42,122 nt of DNA from positions 1 to 42,122 of the IMG/VR virus record IMGVR_UViG_3300016669_000004; one strand, 5' to 3'. The notes under the pieces are model-generated. The model did no database searches and was not told the origin of the DNA. It saw nothing but the letters and a program-made list of their open reading frames with translations. This DNA is from a virus. Taxonomy: Duplodnaviria > Caudoviricetes. This document shows positions 19,258 through 29,088 of the stretch, piece by piece. The translations under genes were made by a program, and so were the position numbers. Numbering within the stretch: position 1 is the first letter of the stretch; every line of letters starts with the position of its first letter.

Positions 19258-19610
19258 GCGCTTTCCCGGCCTACGTCAAGATCCTGGTGGCCGACTTTGG
19301 CGAGGAGTTCGACCCATCGGTGCTGCGCAGCGACATGGACCGCGGCCCGCCAAAGCAGCGCATCGAAAACAGTCGGGTCAGCCAGGAGCTGGCCGCCACG
19401 CTGCTGTTTTCCAGCAAGACCGAGATGGCTGACTTCGAGACCTGGTACATCACCGACATCAAGCGCATCGGATACTTCGACCTTGTGCATCCACGCACTG
19501 GCGCCACGGTGTCTGCACGATTCAAGGGTGGCAGCATCGGCCGGCTGAGCCCACGCAATCCGCAGTACACCAGTGCCAGCCGGCAGGTCACATTCGAGTA
19601 CATGCGATGA
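19254..19610 (+). CDS. Distal tail protein (putative)
   Basis: LRSDMDRGPPKQR motif; follows tape measure. Confidence 0.72.
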   Translation: MSAFPAYVKILVADFGEEFDPSVLRSDMDRGPPKQRIENSRVSQELAATLLFSSKTEMADFETWYITDIKRIGYFDLVHPRTGATVSARFKGGSIGRLSPRNPQYTSASRQVTFEYMR

Positions 19611-20071
19611 GCACCGCATTCACCAAGCAGATCCAGCAGGTCACCGACACCGACGGCATCATCATGCTGCTGGAAGTGACATGCCCGGCCTTCACCGCGC
19701 CGCTGCACATCGTCAACGACACGCGCGACTGGACCAGCAACGGCCAGGTGTACACCGGCTATCCATTCGGGTTCACCCTGCCGAACGATACCTCGGGCGA
19801 AACCCCACGCACGCAACTTGTGATCGACAACGTGGGCCGGGGCCTGACAAACGAGCTTGAGCGCGTCGGCCCAAACCAGTTGGTCATGGCCAAGCTGATG
19901 ATCGCCAGCCGGCGAGATCCGAACCAGATCGAGCGCACCTTCGCGTTGCCGATGGCGTCGGTTTCCGTGTCGCCCACCCGTGCCAGCGCCACCTGCGGCA
20001 TGGACTACCTGATGCGCCAGCAGGCGATGAACAAGCGCTTCACCCCGGAACTGACGCCTGGCCTGTACTGA
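19607..20071 (+). CDS. Minor tail protein, DUF1833-like
   Basis: LHIVNDTRD...YPFGFTLP...LVIDNVGR...FTPELTPGLY. Confidence 0.78.
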   Translation: MSTAFTKQIQQVTDTDGIIMLLEVTCPAFTAPLHIVNDTRDWTSNGQVYTGYPFGFTLPNDTSGETPRTQLVIDNVGRGLTNELERVGPNQLVMAKLMIASRRDPNQIERTFALPMASVSVSPTRASATCGMDYLMRQQAMNKRFTPELTPGLY

Positions 20072-20466
20072 TGCGCAGCCGCGATCTCGCGCCGTACATC
20101 GGGCTCGCATACGACCCTGAGCACTTTGACTGTGTGGATCTTGTGCGGCTGGTATCGCGTGAGCTGATGGGCCGAGAAGTGGATCTTCCAGGCGGACATC
20201 CGCGCGGCCGCAAGCGGTTGCCGATGGTGCAGTCGGTAGCCAGGCAGATCGCAGTGCCAACTGACGCGCCGGCAGATGGCGACCTGGTACTCATGTTCGA
20301 TCGCGGCCTGCCCGTGCCGACCCATGTCGGCCTGTACTTCAACCTGGCCCATGAGGGCTGGGTGCTGCACGTCGGTGCAGGCATTCCATTCAGCACAACC
20401 CATGCAGTGCGCGACCTTGCAAGCCTGGGCGCACCCATCGAAAGGATCTACAAGTGGGCCAACTGA
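20071..20466 (+). CDS. NlpC/P60 tail assembly protein
   Basis: YIGLAY...FDCVDLV...HVGLY...VLH. Confidence 0.82.
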   Translation: MRSRDLAPYIGLAYDPEHFDCVDLVRLVSRELMGREVDLPGGHPRGRKRLPMVQSVARQIAVPTDAPADGDLVLMFDRGLPVPTHVGLYFNLAHEGWVLHVGAGIPFSTTHAVRDLASLGAPIERIYKWAN

Positions 20467-23400
20467 CACAGTTCAACTTCACCCCTCACCCGGTTCTTCT
20501 GGATGGGCAGCGCATCGTCCATTGCCAGCTGCTGCCGGGGGAAAGCCTGTATGCATTCCTCCAGCGCCACGTTGAGCGCCTGGATGGCCAGCAGTGGCAC
20601 GTGTCCATCGGAGGACATGATGTCCAGCGTCATCTATGGCACAACGTGCGGCCAAAGGATGGGCAGGTCATCGAGTTGCGCGGGGCGCTTGGTGACAATG
20701 TGCTGCAACTGGTTGCCATTGCAGTGCTGTCCTATTTCACGCTGGGTGCTGGTTCTGCATGGATCGGTACGACGTTCGGCGTCAGTGCAGGGGTGGCATC
20801 TGCAATAGGCGCTGGTCTGTTCATAGCCGGCTCCATGCTTATCAACAGCGTGCTGGGCCCTAAGATCCCAAACATCGGAAGGCAGGAGCAGGACAGCGTC
20901 TACAGCATCGGCGCGGCCAGGAACACCGCGCGTCCGAACGAGCCTTTCGGCATCGTGTTCGGCGAGGTCCGCAGCACGCCGGACTATATCAGCGCGCCAT
21001 ACACCTACTACATGGGCAACGACCAGTACGTCGTCATGACGATGACGCCTGGCCTCAACTGCCAGCAGATCGGAGATCTGTACAACGGCGACACGCTGCT
21101 GTCGTCATTCGACGGCGTGGACGTGTGGTATTCGGGCTTTCCCGGGATGCCGGAACAGGCGATCCCGCTCTACAGCAACGTGGATACCACCGACGGCGGC
21201 GCTCTTGATGACGCAAACGTGTGGGTCGAGCGAACGACATCGCTCGGCACCATGTCGGTAATGCTCAACTACAGCTACGTGCTGTTTGATACCACGACAA
21301 AGGGCAAGCCAAAGAACAACCAGGAGGACATCACCGCCCAGTACCGGCCGACAGGCTCAACGACGTGGCTTGCGCTGGCAACGACTCACGTCGTGAGCAA
21401 GGAGCAGACAGAGCAGCGCAAGACAGTCGAGTTCACATTTCCATCTGTCGGCCAGTACGACATCCGCGTCAAGCGCAACGGAAACGACACCGACGGCAAG
21501 GGCGCGCACATCCAGATGTCCTGGACCACGCTCAATAGCGTGCAGCCTGACACCACGGACTATACCGGCATTCCGCGCATCGGCCTGCGGATAAAGGCCA
21601 CTGGCCAGCTCAACGGCTACCCAGACGAGATCCGGGGCGTCGTCAAGTCCGAGCCGATCGATGTCTGGACAACGGCTGGGTGGGTCACGGCGACTGAGCG
21701 CTCACAGGGCCTGTCCAATCCAGGTGCGCAGCTGCTGGCCTATGCGCGCGGGCTGTACATGCAAACCAGCGCAGGCCAGGTGCGCTACTCAGGCCTCGGG
21801 CTGACAGACGACATGATCGACATGGACGCGCTGAAGGCGTTCATGCTGCACTGCACGGCGAACGGGTTCACGTATGACTACATCGTCAAGGATGCAAAGT
21901 CGCATGACGATGTCTGCAACACCATCGCGCTGGCAGGCATGGGGCAGATCAGCTGGGCCGGCGGCAAGTTCTCTGTCGTGTGGGCAGCAGACGACCAGCC
22001 GATCAGCGGCGTGGTCAACATGGCCACGATCAAGAAGGCCAGCTTCAATGTTGACTACTCGCTGGTATCTGCGGCCGATGGGATCGAATACAGCTACTTC
22101 GACAGGCTGACGTGGGAGACGAAAACCGTCATCGTGCGCGCGCCCGGCGTGACCGTCGCGCTCAACCCGGCGAAGGTGTCGGGCGAGGGCGTCAGCGATG
22201 CGGACCACGCAGCCAAGATGGCGCGCTATCACCTCGGGCAAAGCCTGTATCAGTTCAAGTCCATTGGTTTCAACACAGACCTGGAGCATCTGACATACCG
22301 TCGCATGTCCGTGCTGCAGCTTGCGCACGACATGACGCAGTGGGGATATGGCGGGCGGCTTGTAGGTGCAACGATCAATGCTGGCACAGTCACACTGCAA
22401 CTGGACGAGCCGGTCCCGCCGCCAGCATCGGGTAATGCATGGATCGGTGTCCGTGTGCTGGGCGAGACCGTCTACCGCGTGCTGGCCGTGCAGCCCTTCG
22501 CTGCGGAAACCAACCAGATCACCCTGGCCGAGCCGTGGCCGTCAGATGCTGATTTTCCCGGCGAGGATTTCCCGGCACACGACAGCATCTGGATCTACGA
22601 CTTCAAGCAGACCCCGGGCTATCGGGTGCGCGTCGTCAATATCGAGCCCGAGTCGGACCTGAAAGGCGCGCGCATCAGCGTGGTGCCGGAGAGTGACGAA
22701 TTCTGGACCTACGTCCTCACCGGCGAGTACACCCCGCCCACGCAAGGCACCTCGCTCAACGTTCGCCCGGTCGTCAGCAACGTGCGAGTGAGCGAGCAGA
22801 ACAACGTCCAGGGCAACACGGTTTACACCACGCTGTCTGTCACCTTCGACGTGGACGGCGACATGCAATACGCCGCGGTGCTCACGCAGGACAACGCCAG
22901 CCCGACCGATGAGCTTGTGGAAGTCGCGCAGACCCAAACCCGGACCGCGAGCTTCCGGATTCCGGGCCCGGGCACCTATGCCATCGTGGTGCGCCCCTAC
23001 GACCGCAACGGCATCGTGGGCGGGGCTGCATCCATCGTCTACACCACCGTGAACGCCCAGCCGGCGCCGATCCTGTTCGACACGTTCGCCATCAGCGAGG
23101 ACCCGAGCGGCATCCGTCGCTACAGCTGGGGCTACGCCGGAGACACGATCCAATCGCCCGACTTGCTCGGCGCAGAGATCCGCTACACCGCAGGGGATGT
23201 CGCACTCCCGAACTGGGACACCATGCAGCCGCTGGGCGATGGCTACCACACCGGCCCGTTTGAATCCGTCCTGCCTTCGGCCGGCCAGTGGACCTTCGCC
23301 ATCCGCGCGCGCAACACCAGCGGTGTTCTGTCGCCGGACATGCTGATCCTGGTGCAGACGCTGCAATACAACCTGGCGCAAAAGCTGGAGGAAGTGGATA

Positions 23401-26400
23401 CCGCAGTCGCGCAGGAAATCATCGACAGGTTCAATGCGGACGCGGCGGCGGCCGATGCGCTTGCGGCCGAAGCCCAGGCACGCGCCGATGCGCTGGTGGC
23501 ATTGGCAGAACAGGCCGCAGCGGACGCAACAGCCAAGGCCAACGCCGCACGCGATGCGGCCATCGCCCACGCGGACGTGATCGGCGCCCAGGTGGCTGAC
23601 ATCACTGGCGCCGACGAGTGGGCTACTGGCGTCACCTACCCGGCCGGCGATCTTGTCAAGCGCAACGGCACGCTCTACCGCGCCCTGCAGGAAACTACAG
23701 ACAACCCACCAGAGAGCAGCCCCACATACTGGGAAGCCATCGGCAACTACAGTTCGCTGGGCGAAGCGGTGGCTGCGTCCATCGATATGGGCAACACCAA
23801 CGCCAGCGACATCGAGACCGAGTCCACAAGGCTTGATGGCGTTGTTGCGAGGATGCCGACCGGCACGGGCACCCTTGCGACGTCGGCGAGCGTAACACAG
23901 GAGGCAACGACGCGCGCAAACGCGGACAGCGCACTTAGCTCCAGGACAGGAGTTATCGAAGCGCGCCTGCCTACAGGGACAGACACACTCGCAAACGAGG
24001 CGCGCGTTGTAACAGCTGAGAATGCCAGCGTATCGCGCGACGATGCGATCAGCAGCCGGGTGACGGTTGTCGAAGCGCGGATGCCCGCTGGCACAGGGCA
24101 GCTTGCCACGTCCGCCAGTGTGACTGACCTGCAGACATCAACTGCCAATGCCGACTCCGCGCTCAGTAGCCAGATCACTGCGGCTAATTCACGCATTGAT
24201 GGGAAGGCAGACAGCAGCGCTCTGAATGCTCTGTCTAGCACTGTGACACAACAAGGGAATACGATAACATCGCAAGGCAACGCGATCACGCAAGTCAAAA
24301 GCAGCATCGCGCCCAACGCCAACGTTATTTCAAACAGTGGTGTCGAGGCAGACCTGACAGATTGGGAACTCGGATGGGATTCGGCCAACGTTCGGTCTAC
24401 CCTGGTCCGCGACCGGAATGGACCTGCCTATCCACGAGGGTCTCATAACCTGTCTGTGAACTGGCCTGCTAACTCAGTTGCCGCTGGATCAAACGCATTT
24501 CTAGTAATTAACTCAACTCGAAAGACACCGACTTTTGGAATTTCAAGGGTGTGCCTACAGACTATCTACAATCTGGCTGAAGGCTCGATGGCATTCGGTG
24601 TTGACTTCTTCGACTCGTCTGGCGCATTTATAAGCGGACCGAATGAAACAGTAGGGTCCACTGGTGCGGGCTGGACGACTGTTTTCAGGTTCTACGCAGT
24701 GCCGGAAAATGCAGCAACCATGCGCGCGTGGTTCCGTGGACATGTGACTACAGCCAGTAGTAGTGAGCGGGTGTTGTGGATTGCCCATCCCATGCTCAGT
24801 GCTGCAACCGCTGATCAAACCGTACCCCCGGCATACTCGCCTGGAATGATTGGGATTGACGGTAAGTACGCCTCTGCTACTCAGTCCTTGAATACTCGTG
24901 TCACAACGGTTGAAGGTACGGTTACCTCCCAAAGTTCCAGCATCACGAGTCTTCAGAATACAGTCGCAAACAAAGCTGACAGCAGCGTGGTCAGCGCACT
25001 TGATAGTCGTGTAACAAGCGCAGAGAACACTAACACAAGTCAAAGTTCCAGTATTACTAGCCTACAGAACACAGTTGCAAATAAAGCAGACAGCAGCGCT
25101 CTGAATGCTCTGTCTAGCACTGTGACACAACAAGGGAATACGATAACATCGCAAGGCAACGCGATCACGCAAGTCAAAAGCAGCATCGCGCCCAACGCCA
25201 ACGTTATTTCAAACAGTGGTGTCGAGTCAGACCTGACAGATTGGGAACTCGGATGGGATTCAGCCAACGTTGGGTCTACCCTGGTCCGCGACCGGAACGG
25301 GTTCGCGTATCCCTATGGGTCACACAACCTGTCCGTCATCTGGCCTGCGAACTCAGTTGCGGCAGGCGCCAACGCATACCTGCTGATTAACTCGACGAAG
25401 AAAACGCCGACCTTCGGCATCTCACGCGTGTGCATCCAGACGATCTATGCATTGACCGAAGGCTCGATGGGATTCGGTGTTGACTTCTTCGACTCGTCTG
25501 GCGCATTTATAAGCGGACCGAATGAAACAGTAGGGTCCACTGGTGTGGACTGGACGACTGTTTTCAGGTTCTTCGCAGTACCGGCAAATGCAGCAACCAT
25601 GCGCGCGTGGTTCCGTGGGTTTGTCAACACAGCAAGCAGCAGTGTGCGCACTTTCTTGATTGCGCACCCCATGCTCAGTGCAGCAACTCAGGATCAAACA
25701 GTTGCACCTGTCTATTCACCTGGCGCACTCGGTCTTGATTCCAAATACGCATCTGTCACTCAGTCCCTGACCACGCGCGCCACAAACAGCGAGAACAACA
25801 TCGCGTCGGTGCTGGCCCAATACTTCCTGTCAGTGCAGGCAGGGAACCTTATCGGTGGCATGAAAATTGGCAACAACGGGTCAGTGGTGGACTTTGCGAT
25901 CCTTGCGAATATCTTCCGCATTGTTGACCCAAGCAACTCGGCTAACCTGCTGAGCTATATCAACGGCAACCTGACTGTCAGTGGTATTGTCGAAGGTTCT
26001 CTGCTGAAGTCCTCCGCAATGGAACTTGGGTCAACGCGCATCCATACAGGGAGTGGGCGGTTGGCACCATTCACGATCAACGACAGTGCATTCAATCTGC
26101 TTGCCAGCAATGCCGTGTCGAGTCAAACAGTCACAGTATCAGGGTTCGTGGGGCCTGCCAACGGGAGCGGATACAACGCCAAGCGGTTCTCGCGCCAGCG
26201 GATGGACGTGTATCTGAAGACGCTGATTGCCGCAGATGATGGTAACGAAGAATTGTATATCGAGGTTCAGTATGACGGCGGTGGGTGGAGCACTATCCAG
26301 TCATACCCATTCGACGGTAACAACCGGACGACGATCCAGATATCTATCCGCTACACCACGCTTGACTCATGGTCAACAGTCGCATTTCGTGCAAGGACAA

Positions 26401-26948
26401 CTCTTGCCCACACAAACATGCTGAGCCTGGATGTCGAGATCAACAACACCAACGAGTCTGGCAATGCGGCAGGGTCAAAATCCGGTCTTAATGCAGGCGA
26501 AGGTGCCGGTGGTACTCCTCCACCACCGGGCGGTGGTGATTTCTGCGTTGACTATGAGACCACTGTCCTGCCAGACGGCCGCTACGTGCGGGATCTGCAA
26601 GCTGGGGACATTGTTGAGTGCGTGAACGTAGTGACTGGAGACCGGGCGATGGTGCCGCTACGTGCTATGAACTTTGGCTTTGAAGACTGCTACACAGTGC
26701 GAACGGAACATGGCGAAGTGATCCAGTCCAGGACCACACCAATGGATATGCGCGATGGAAGCATCAAGTGCACGCCAGAACTACAAGGTCAAGAGCTACT
26801 GACCCACGATCATGGATGGGAGGTTGCAGATATCGAATACCTTGGAGAGCGCAAGGTCTGCAAGCCAGACTTCGGCGACCGCATGTTCTTCGCCGGTACA
26901 CATGCAGACCGCACGATTGCCACCCACAACATCCAGTACAAACCCTGA
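20454..26948 (+). CDS. Tail tip/host specificity protein (TipJ-like) with duplicated binding module and C-terminal Hint domain
   Basis: 2164 aa; I-like N-terminus, J-like core, coiled-coil repeats, two ~293-aa repeats, terminal C...THN domain. Confidence 0.88.
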   Translation: MGQLTQFNFTPHPVLLDGQRIVHCQLLPGESLYAFLQRHVERLDGQQWHVSIGGHDVQRHLWHNVRPKDGQVIELRGALGDNVLQLVAIAVLSYFTLGAGSAWIGTTFGVSAGVASAIGAGLFIAGSMLINSVLGPKIPNIGRQEQDSVYSIGAARNTARPNEPFGIVFGEVRSTPDYISAPYTYYMGNDQYVVMTMTPGLNCQQIGDLYNGDTLLSSFDGVDVWYSGFPGMPEQAIPLYSNVDTTDGGALDDANVWVERTTSLGTMSVMLNYSYVLFDTTTKGKPKNNQEDITAQYRPTGSTTWLALATTHVVSKEQTEQRKTVEFTFPSVGQYDIRVKRNGNDTDGKGAHIQMSWTTLNSVQPDTTDYTGIPRIGLRIKATGQLNGYPDEIRGVVKSEPIDVWTTAGWVTATERSQGLSNPGAQLLAYARGLYMQTSAGQVRYSGLGLTDDMIDMDALKAFMLHCTANGFTYDYIVKDAKSHDDVCNTIALAGMGQISWAGGKFSVVWAADDQPISGVVNMATIKKASFNVDYSLVSAADGIEYSYFDRLTWETKTVIVRAPGVTVALNPAKVSGEGVSDADHAAKMARYHLGQSLYQFKSIGFNTDLEHLTYRRMSVLQLAHDMTQWGYGGRLVGATINAGTVTLQLDEPVPPPASGNAWIGVRVLGETVYRVLAVQPFAAETNQITLAEPWPSDADFPGEDFPAHDSIWIYDFKQTPGYRVRVVNIEPESDLKGARISVVPESDEFWTYVLTGEYTPPTQGTSLNVRPVVSNVRVSEQNNVQGNTVYTTLSVTFDVDGDMQYAAVLTQDNASPTDELVEVAQTQTRTASFRIPGPGTYAIVVRPYDRNGIVGGAASIVYTTVNAQPAPILFDTFAISEDPSGIRRYSWGYAGDTIQSPDLLGAEIRYTAGDVALPNWDTMQPLGDGYHTGPFESVLPSAGQWTFAIRARNTSGVLSPDMLILVQTLQYNLAQKLEEVDTAVAQEIIDRFNADAAAADALAAEAQARADALVALAEQAAADATAKANAARDAAIAHADVIGAQVADITGADEWATGVTYPAGDLVKRNGTLYRALQETTDNPPESSPTYWEAIGNYSSLGEAVAASIDMGNTNASDIETESTRLDGVVARMPTGTGTLATSASVTQEATTRANADSALSSRTGVIEARLPTGTDTLANEARVVTAENASVSRDDAISSRVTVVEARMPAGTGQLATSASVTDLQTSTANADSALSSQITAANSRIDGKADSSALNALSSTVTQQGNTITSQGNAITQVKSSIAPNANVISNSGVEADLTDWELGWDSANVRSTLVRDRNGPAYPRGSHNLSVNWPANSVAAGSNAFLVINSTRKTPTFGISRVCLQTIYNLAEGSMAFGVDFFDSSGAFISGPNETVGSTGAGWTTVFRFYAVPENAATMRAWFRGHVTTASSSERVLWIAHPMLSAATADQTVPPAYSPGMIGIDGKYASATQSLNTRVTTVEGTVTSQSSSITSLQNTVANKADSSVVSALDSRVTSAENTNTSQSSSITSLQNTVANKADSSALNALSSTVTQQGNTITSQGNAITQVKSSIAPNANVISNSGVESDLTDWELGWDSANVGSTLVRDRNGFAYPYGSHNLSVIWPANSVAAGANAYLLINSTKKTPTFGISRVCIQTIYALTEGSMGFGVDFFDSSGAFISGPNETVGSTGVDWTTVFRFFAVPANAATMRAWFRGFVNTASSSVRTFLIAHPMLSAATQDQTVAPVYSPGALGLDSKYASVTQSLTTRATNSENNIASVLAQYFLSVQAGNLIGGMKIGNNGSVVDFAILANIFRIVDPSNSANLLSYINGNLTVSGIVEGSLLKSSAMELGSTRIHTGSGRLAPFTINDSAFNLLASNAVSSQTVTVSGFVGPANGSGYNAKRFSRQRMDVYLKTLIAADDGNEELYIEVQYDGGGWSTIQSYPFDGNNRTTIQISIRYTTLDSWSTVAFRARTTLAHTNMLSLDVEINNTNESGNAAGSKSGLNAGEGAGGTPPPPGGGDFCVDYETTVLPDGRYVRDLQAGDIVECVNVVTGDRAMVPLRAMNFGFEDCYTVRTEHGEVIQSRTTPMDMRDGSIKCTPELQGQELLTHDHGWEVADIEYLGERKVCKPDFGDRMFFAGTHADRTIATHNIQYKP
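24207..25780 (+). repeat. Tandem intragenic duplication (879-bp period) in tail tip gene
   Basis: ADSSALNALSSTVTQQGNTITSQGNAITQVKSSIAPNANVISNSGVE starts at 24207 and 25086; right end approximate. Confidence 0.9.
26544..26930 (+). other. Hint (intein-like) domain
   Basis: Begins CVDYETTV...VRDLQAGDIV after a GGGDF linker; ends IATHN followed by only IQYKP. Confidence 0.78.
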
Positions 26949-26958
26949 GGATATACTT

Positions 26959-27297
26959 ATGGCACTGATCAGCGAAAACACGCAGTTTGACAACCGGGTG
27001 GAGGCCCTGGCCCCAAGGATCGAGATCCAGTGGGAGCCGCGAGACAACAGCGGCACGGTCCTGTTCTACTTCGAGAAGTTCGACCGACGGATCAGTGACT
27101 GGCATGTCAACAGCCGCATGTGGATGGGCACGCTCAACGCTTCCATCGGTGACATCGTGGTGGACACCTACACCTACACCGATCCGCTCACTGGTGATAC
27201 CAAGACGGTGAGCGGTGCCGAGGTTATGGCGATCGTCAAGGCGGTGACGGACAAGCGGTGGACACTGAGCCTGCCGCCGGAGCCCAGCCAGCAATAA
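26959..27297 (+). CDS. Hypothetical tail-associated protein
   Basis: GAGGA RBS; directly after the tail tip gene. Confidence 0.7.
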   Translation: MALISENTQFDNRVEALAPRIEIQWEPRDNSGTVLFYFEKFDRRISDWHVNSRMWMGTLNASIGDIVVDTYTYTDPLTGDTKTVSGAEVMAIVKAVTDKRWTLSLPPEPSQQ

Positions 27298-27341
27298 GCC
27301 CCCGGCCCGCGCCTAAACACTGGCTGGTATCCAATACGGGC

Positions 27342-27905
27342 ATGCCCACGCTGCTGCCCCTGCCCATCGCGCCCGAGACGGCCATCACGCGGGTGATCGC
27401 GCCGGCGCTGGCGGTGCTACCGGGGCACATGCGCAGCGCGGTGGCGGTGGTGCTGATGCTGGCCATCGCGCTGCAGGAGTCCAGGCTTGCCCATCGCTGG
27501 CAGGTGGTGGATGTGCGCCACCCGGAGCGCAAGGGCCCGGCGCGGGGGCTGTGGCAGTTCGAGTTGGGTGGCGGGGTGGCCGGGGTGTGCAGCCATCCGG
27601 CCAGCCGCACGCGGGCGCAGGTGCTGTGCACGCAGCGCGCCGTGCCGTTTGAGCCGCGTGCCATCTGGGATGCGCTGGACGATGACGACCTGCTGGCCGC
27701 TGGCATGGCCAGGCTGCTGCTGTGGACCGATCCGCAGCCGCTGCCGGCCGCAGGGCAGGTGGAGGCCGCCTGGCAGTACTACCTGCGCAACTGGAGGCCC
27801 GGGGCCTACAGCAACGGCGACGCGGCCGCGCGGGCCAGCCTGCGGGCCAAGTGGGGCCGCAACTACGCCACCGCCCTGGCCGCGCACGATGCGGTGGAGG
27901 CGTGA
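27342..27905 (+). CDS. Putative endolysin (lysozyme-like)
   Basis: LAIALQES...GPARGLWQFE motif; first gene of the lysis cluster. Confidence 0.7.
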   Translation: MPTLLPLPIAPETAITRVIAPALAVLPGHMRSAVAVVLMLAIALQESRLAHRWQVVDVRHPERKGPARGLWQFELGGGVAGVCSHPASRTRAQVLCTQRAVPFEPRAIWDALDDDDLLAAGMARLLLWTDPQPLPAAGQVEAAWQYYLRNWRPGAYSNGDAAARASLRAKWGRNYATALAAHDAVEA

Positions 27906-27920
27906 CATGAGGGCAAAGCA

Positions 27921-28205
27921 ATGAAGCTGACGATCGAAGGGGTGATCCGGGCGTTGGGCGCCACACCGGTGCCGGACATCGCGGACTGGGGCAAGTGGTG
28001 GTCCACGCGGCTGTCGCTGCTGGCGGCCGCGCTGGCAAGTGGATCTGTCGTGTACACCTCGTTGCCAGCCGAACTCAAGGCCGCGCTGCCGGACTGGGTG
28101 GGCACGGCCCTTGGCGGGGCGGCGGTGGTCGTGGCGATCCTGATCCCGCTGTTCCGCGGCATCGAGCAACCCGGGCTCAAGGACGGCGGACAGGGATCAC
28201 CGTGA
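27921..28205 (+). CDS. Putative holin
   Basis: Two hydrophobic segments; WGKWWSTRL motif. Confidence 0.62.
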   Translation: MKLTIEGVIRALGATPVPDIADWGKWWSTRLSLLAAALASGSVVYTSLPAELKAALPDWVGTALGGAAVVVAILIPLFRGIEQPGLKDGGQGSP

Positions 28206-28555
28206 TGGCGCAGCAGATCGATCTTGCGGCCGTCGGCGGCATCCTGGGCGCCATCGGCGGGGTGGTCGGCGGCCTGTGGGGATGGATGCAGCGCAACCGG
28301 CGCAACGCGGCCGAGGTGAATTCTGACGTGGCACAGTCCAAGGCCGAGGAATCCATCTACCGCATGATGACCGAACGGCTGACCGCGTTGGAAACCGACG
28401 TAGGCCGGCTGCGCGATGAACTCGCCCAGGAGCGCAGCCACTCGCGCGCGCTCGAGCGGCACATCTTCAAGCTGGAATCACTCATGCGCCGGGCAGGGCT
28501 TGAGCCACCAGTTTTCACCGACCTCCACTCATCGCTGCCGCGGGATCACATGTGA
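28205..28555 (+). CDS. Membrane-anchored coiled-coil lysis-region protein (holin/antiholin-like)
   Basis: N-terminal TM segment GGILGAIGGVVGGLW, then coiled coil. Confidence 0.6.
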   Translation: MAQQIDLAAVGGILGAIGGVVGGLWGWMQRNRRNAAEVNSDVAQSKAEESIYRMMTERLTALETDVGRLRDELAQERSHSRALERHIFKLESLMRRAGLEPPVFTDLHSSLPRDHM

Positions 28556-28568
28556 CCGGGCCTGCCGC

Positions 28569-29078
28569 ATGAACGCCATCATCGCCGCGCTGGGGGGCAT
28601 CCGGGCCAGCGTGTTCGCCTCGCTGATGCTGGTGTTTTCCGGGCTGTTTGCGTGGAAGGCCCACCAGGCCACGGCCACGGCCGCCCAGTTCCGTGCCTAC
28701 CAGGACCGGATGATCGCCCTGACTGCAGCCGCGCAGGAAAAGGCCCACCAGGCCCGCGACACCTTCATGTCCGCATCGCTCGACAACGAGCGCGCCTATC
28801 AGCAGGGGAAAGACGATGCCAAGGTTCAGCAGGATTCCGTTGTGGCTGCTGCTCGTACTGGTGAGCTGCGGTTTCGGCAGCTGTGGCAAGGCTGTGTGTC
28901 CACCTCCGGCCTCGCTGCCGGCGTTGCCGCCGCTGCCGGCGGAGCGGATGGCCAAGCCGGATTACGCGCAGAGGCTGCGGGACGAATTGTTCGAGTCGGC
29001 GCCGACGCCGACAACCACGTCAGCTGGCTCCAAGCCGAACTGATCGCCACCCGGACGCTGTGTGGGGCGGGTGGGTGA
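28569..29078 (+). CDS. i-spanin (Rz-like)
   Basis: N-terminal TM segment, helical periplasmic part, embedded lipoprotein ORF. Confidence 0.78.
   Translation: MNAIIAALGGIRASVFASLMLVFSGLFAWKAHQATATAAQFRAYQDRMIALTAAAQEKAHQARDTFMSASLDNERAYQQGKDDAKVQQDSVVAAARTGELRFRQLWQGCVSTSGLAAGVAAAAGGADGQAGLRAEAAGRIVRVGADADNHVSWLQAELIATRTLCGAGG
28816..29043 (+). CDS. o-spanin (Rz1-like lipoprotein), embedded
   Basis: Signal peptide with lipobox-like Cys (GFGSC); Pro-rich; nested in Rz in another frame. Confidence 0.75.
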   Translation: MPRFSRIPLWLLLVLVSCGFGSCGKAVCPPPASLPALPPLPAERMAKPDYAQRLRDELFESAPTPTTTSAGSKPN

Positions 29079-29088
29079 GGGCTACATG

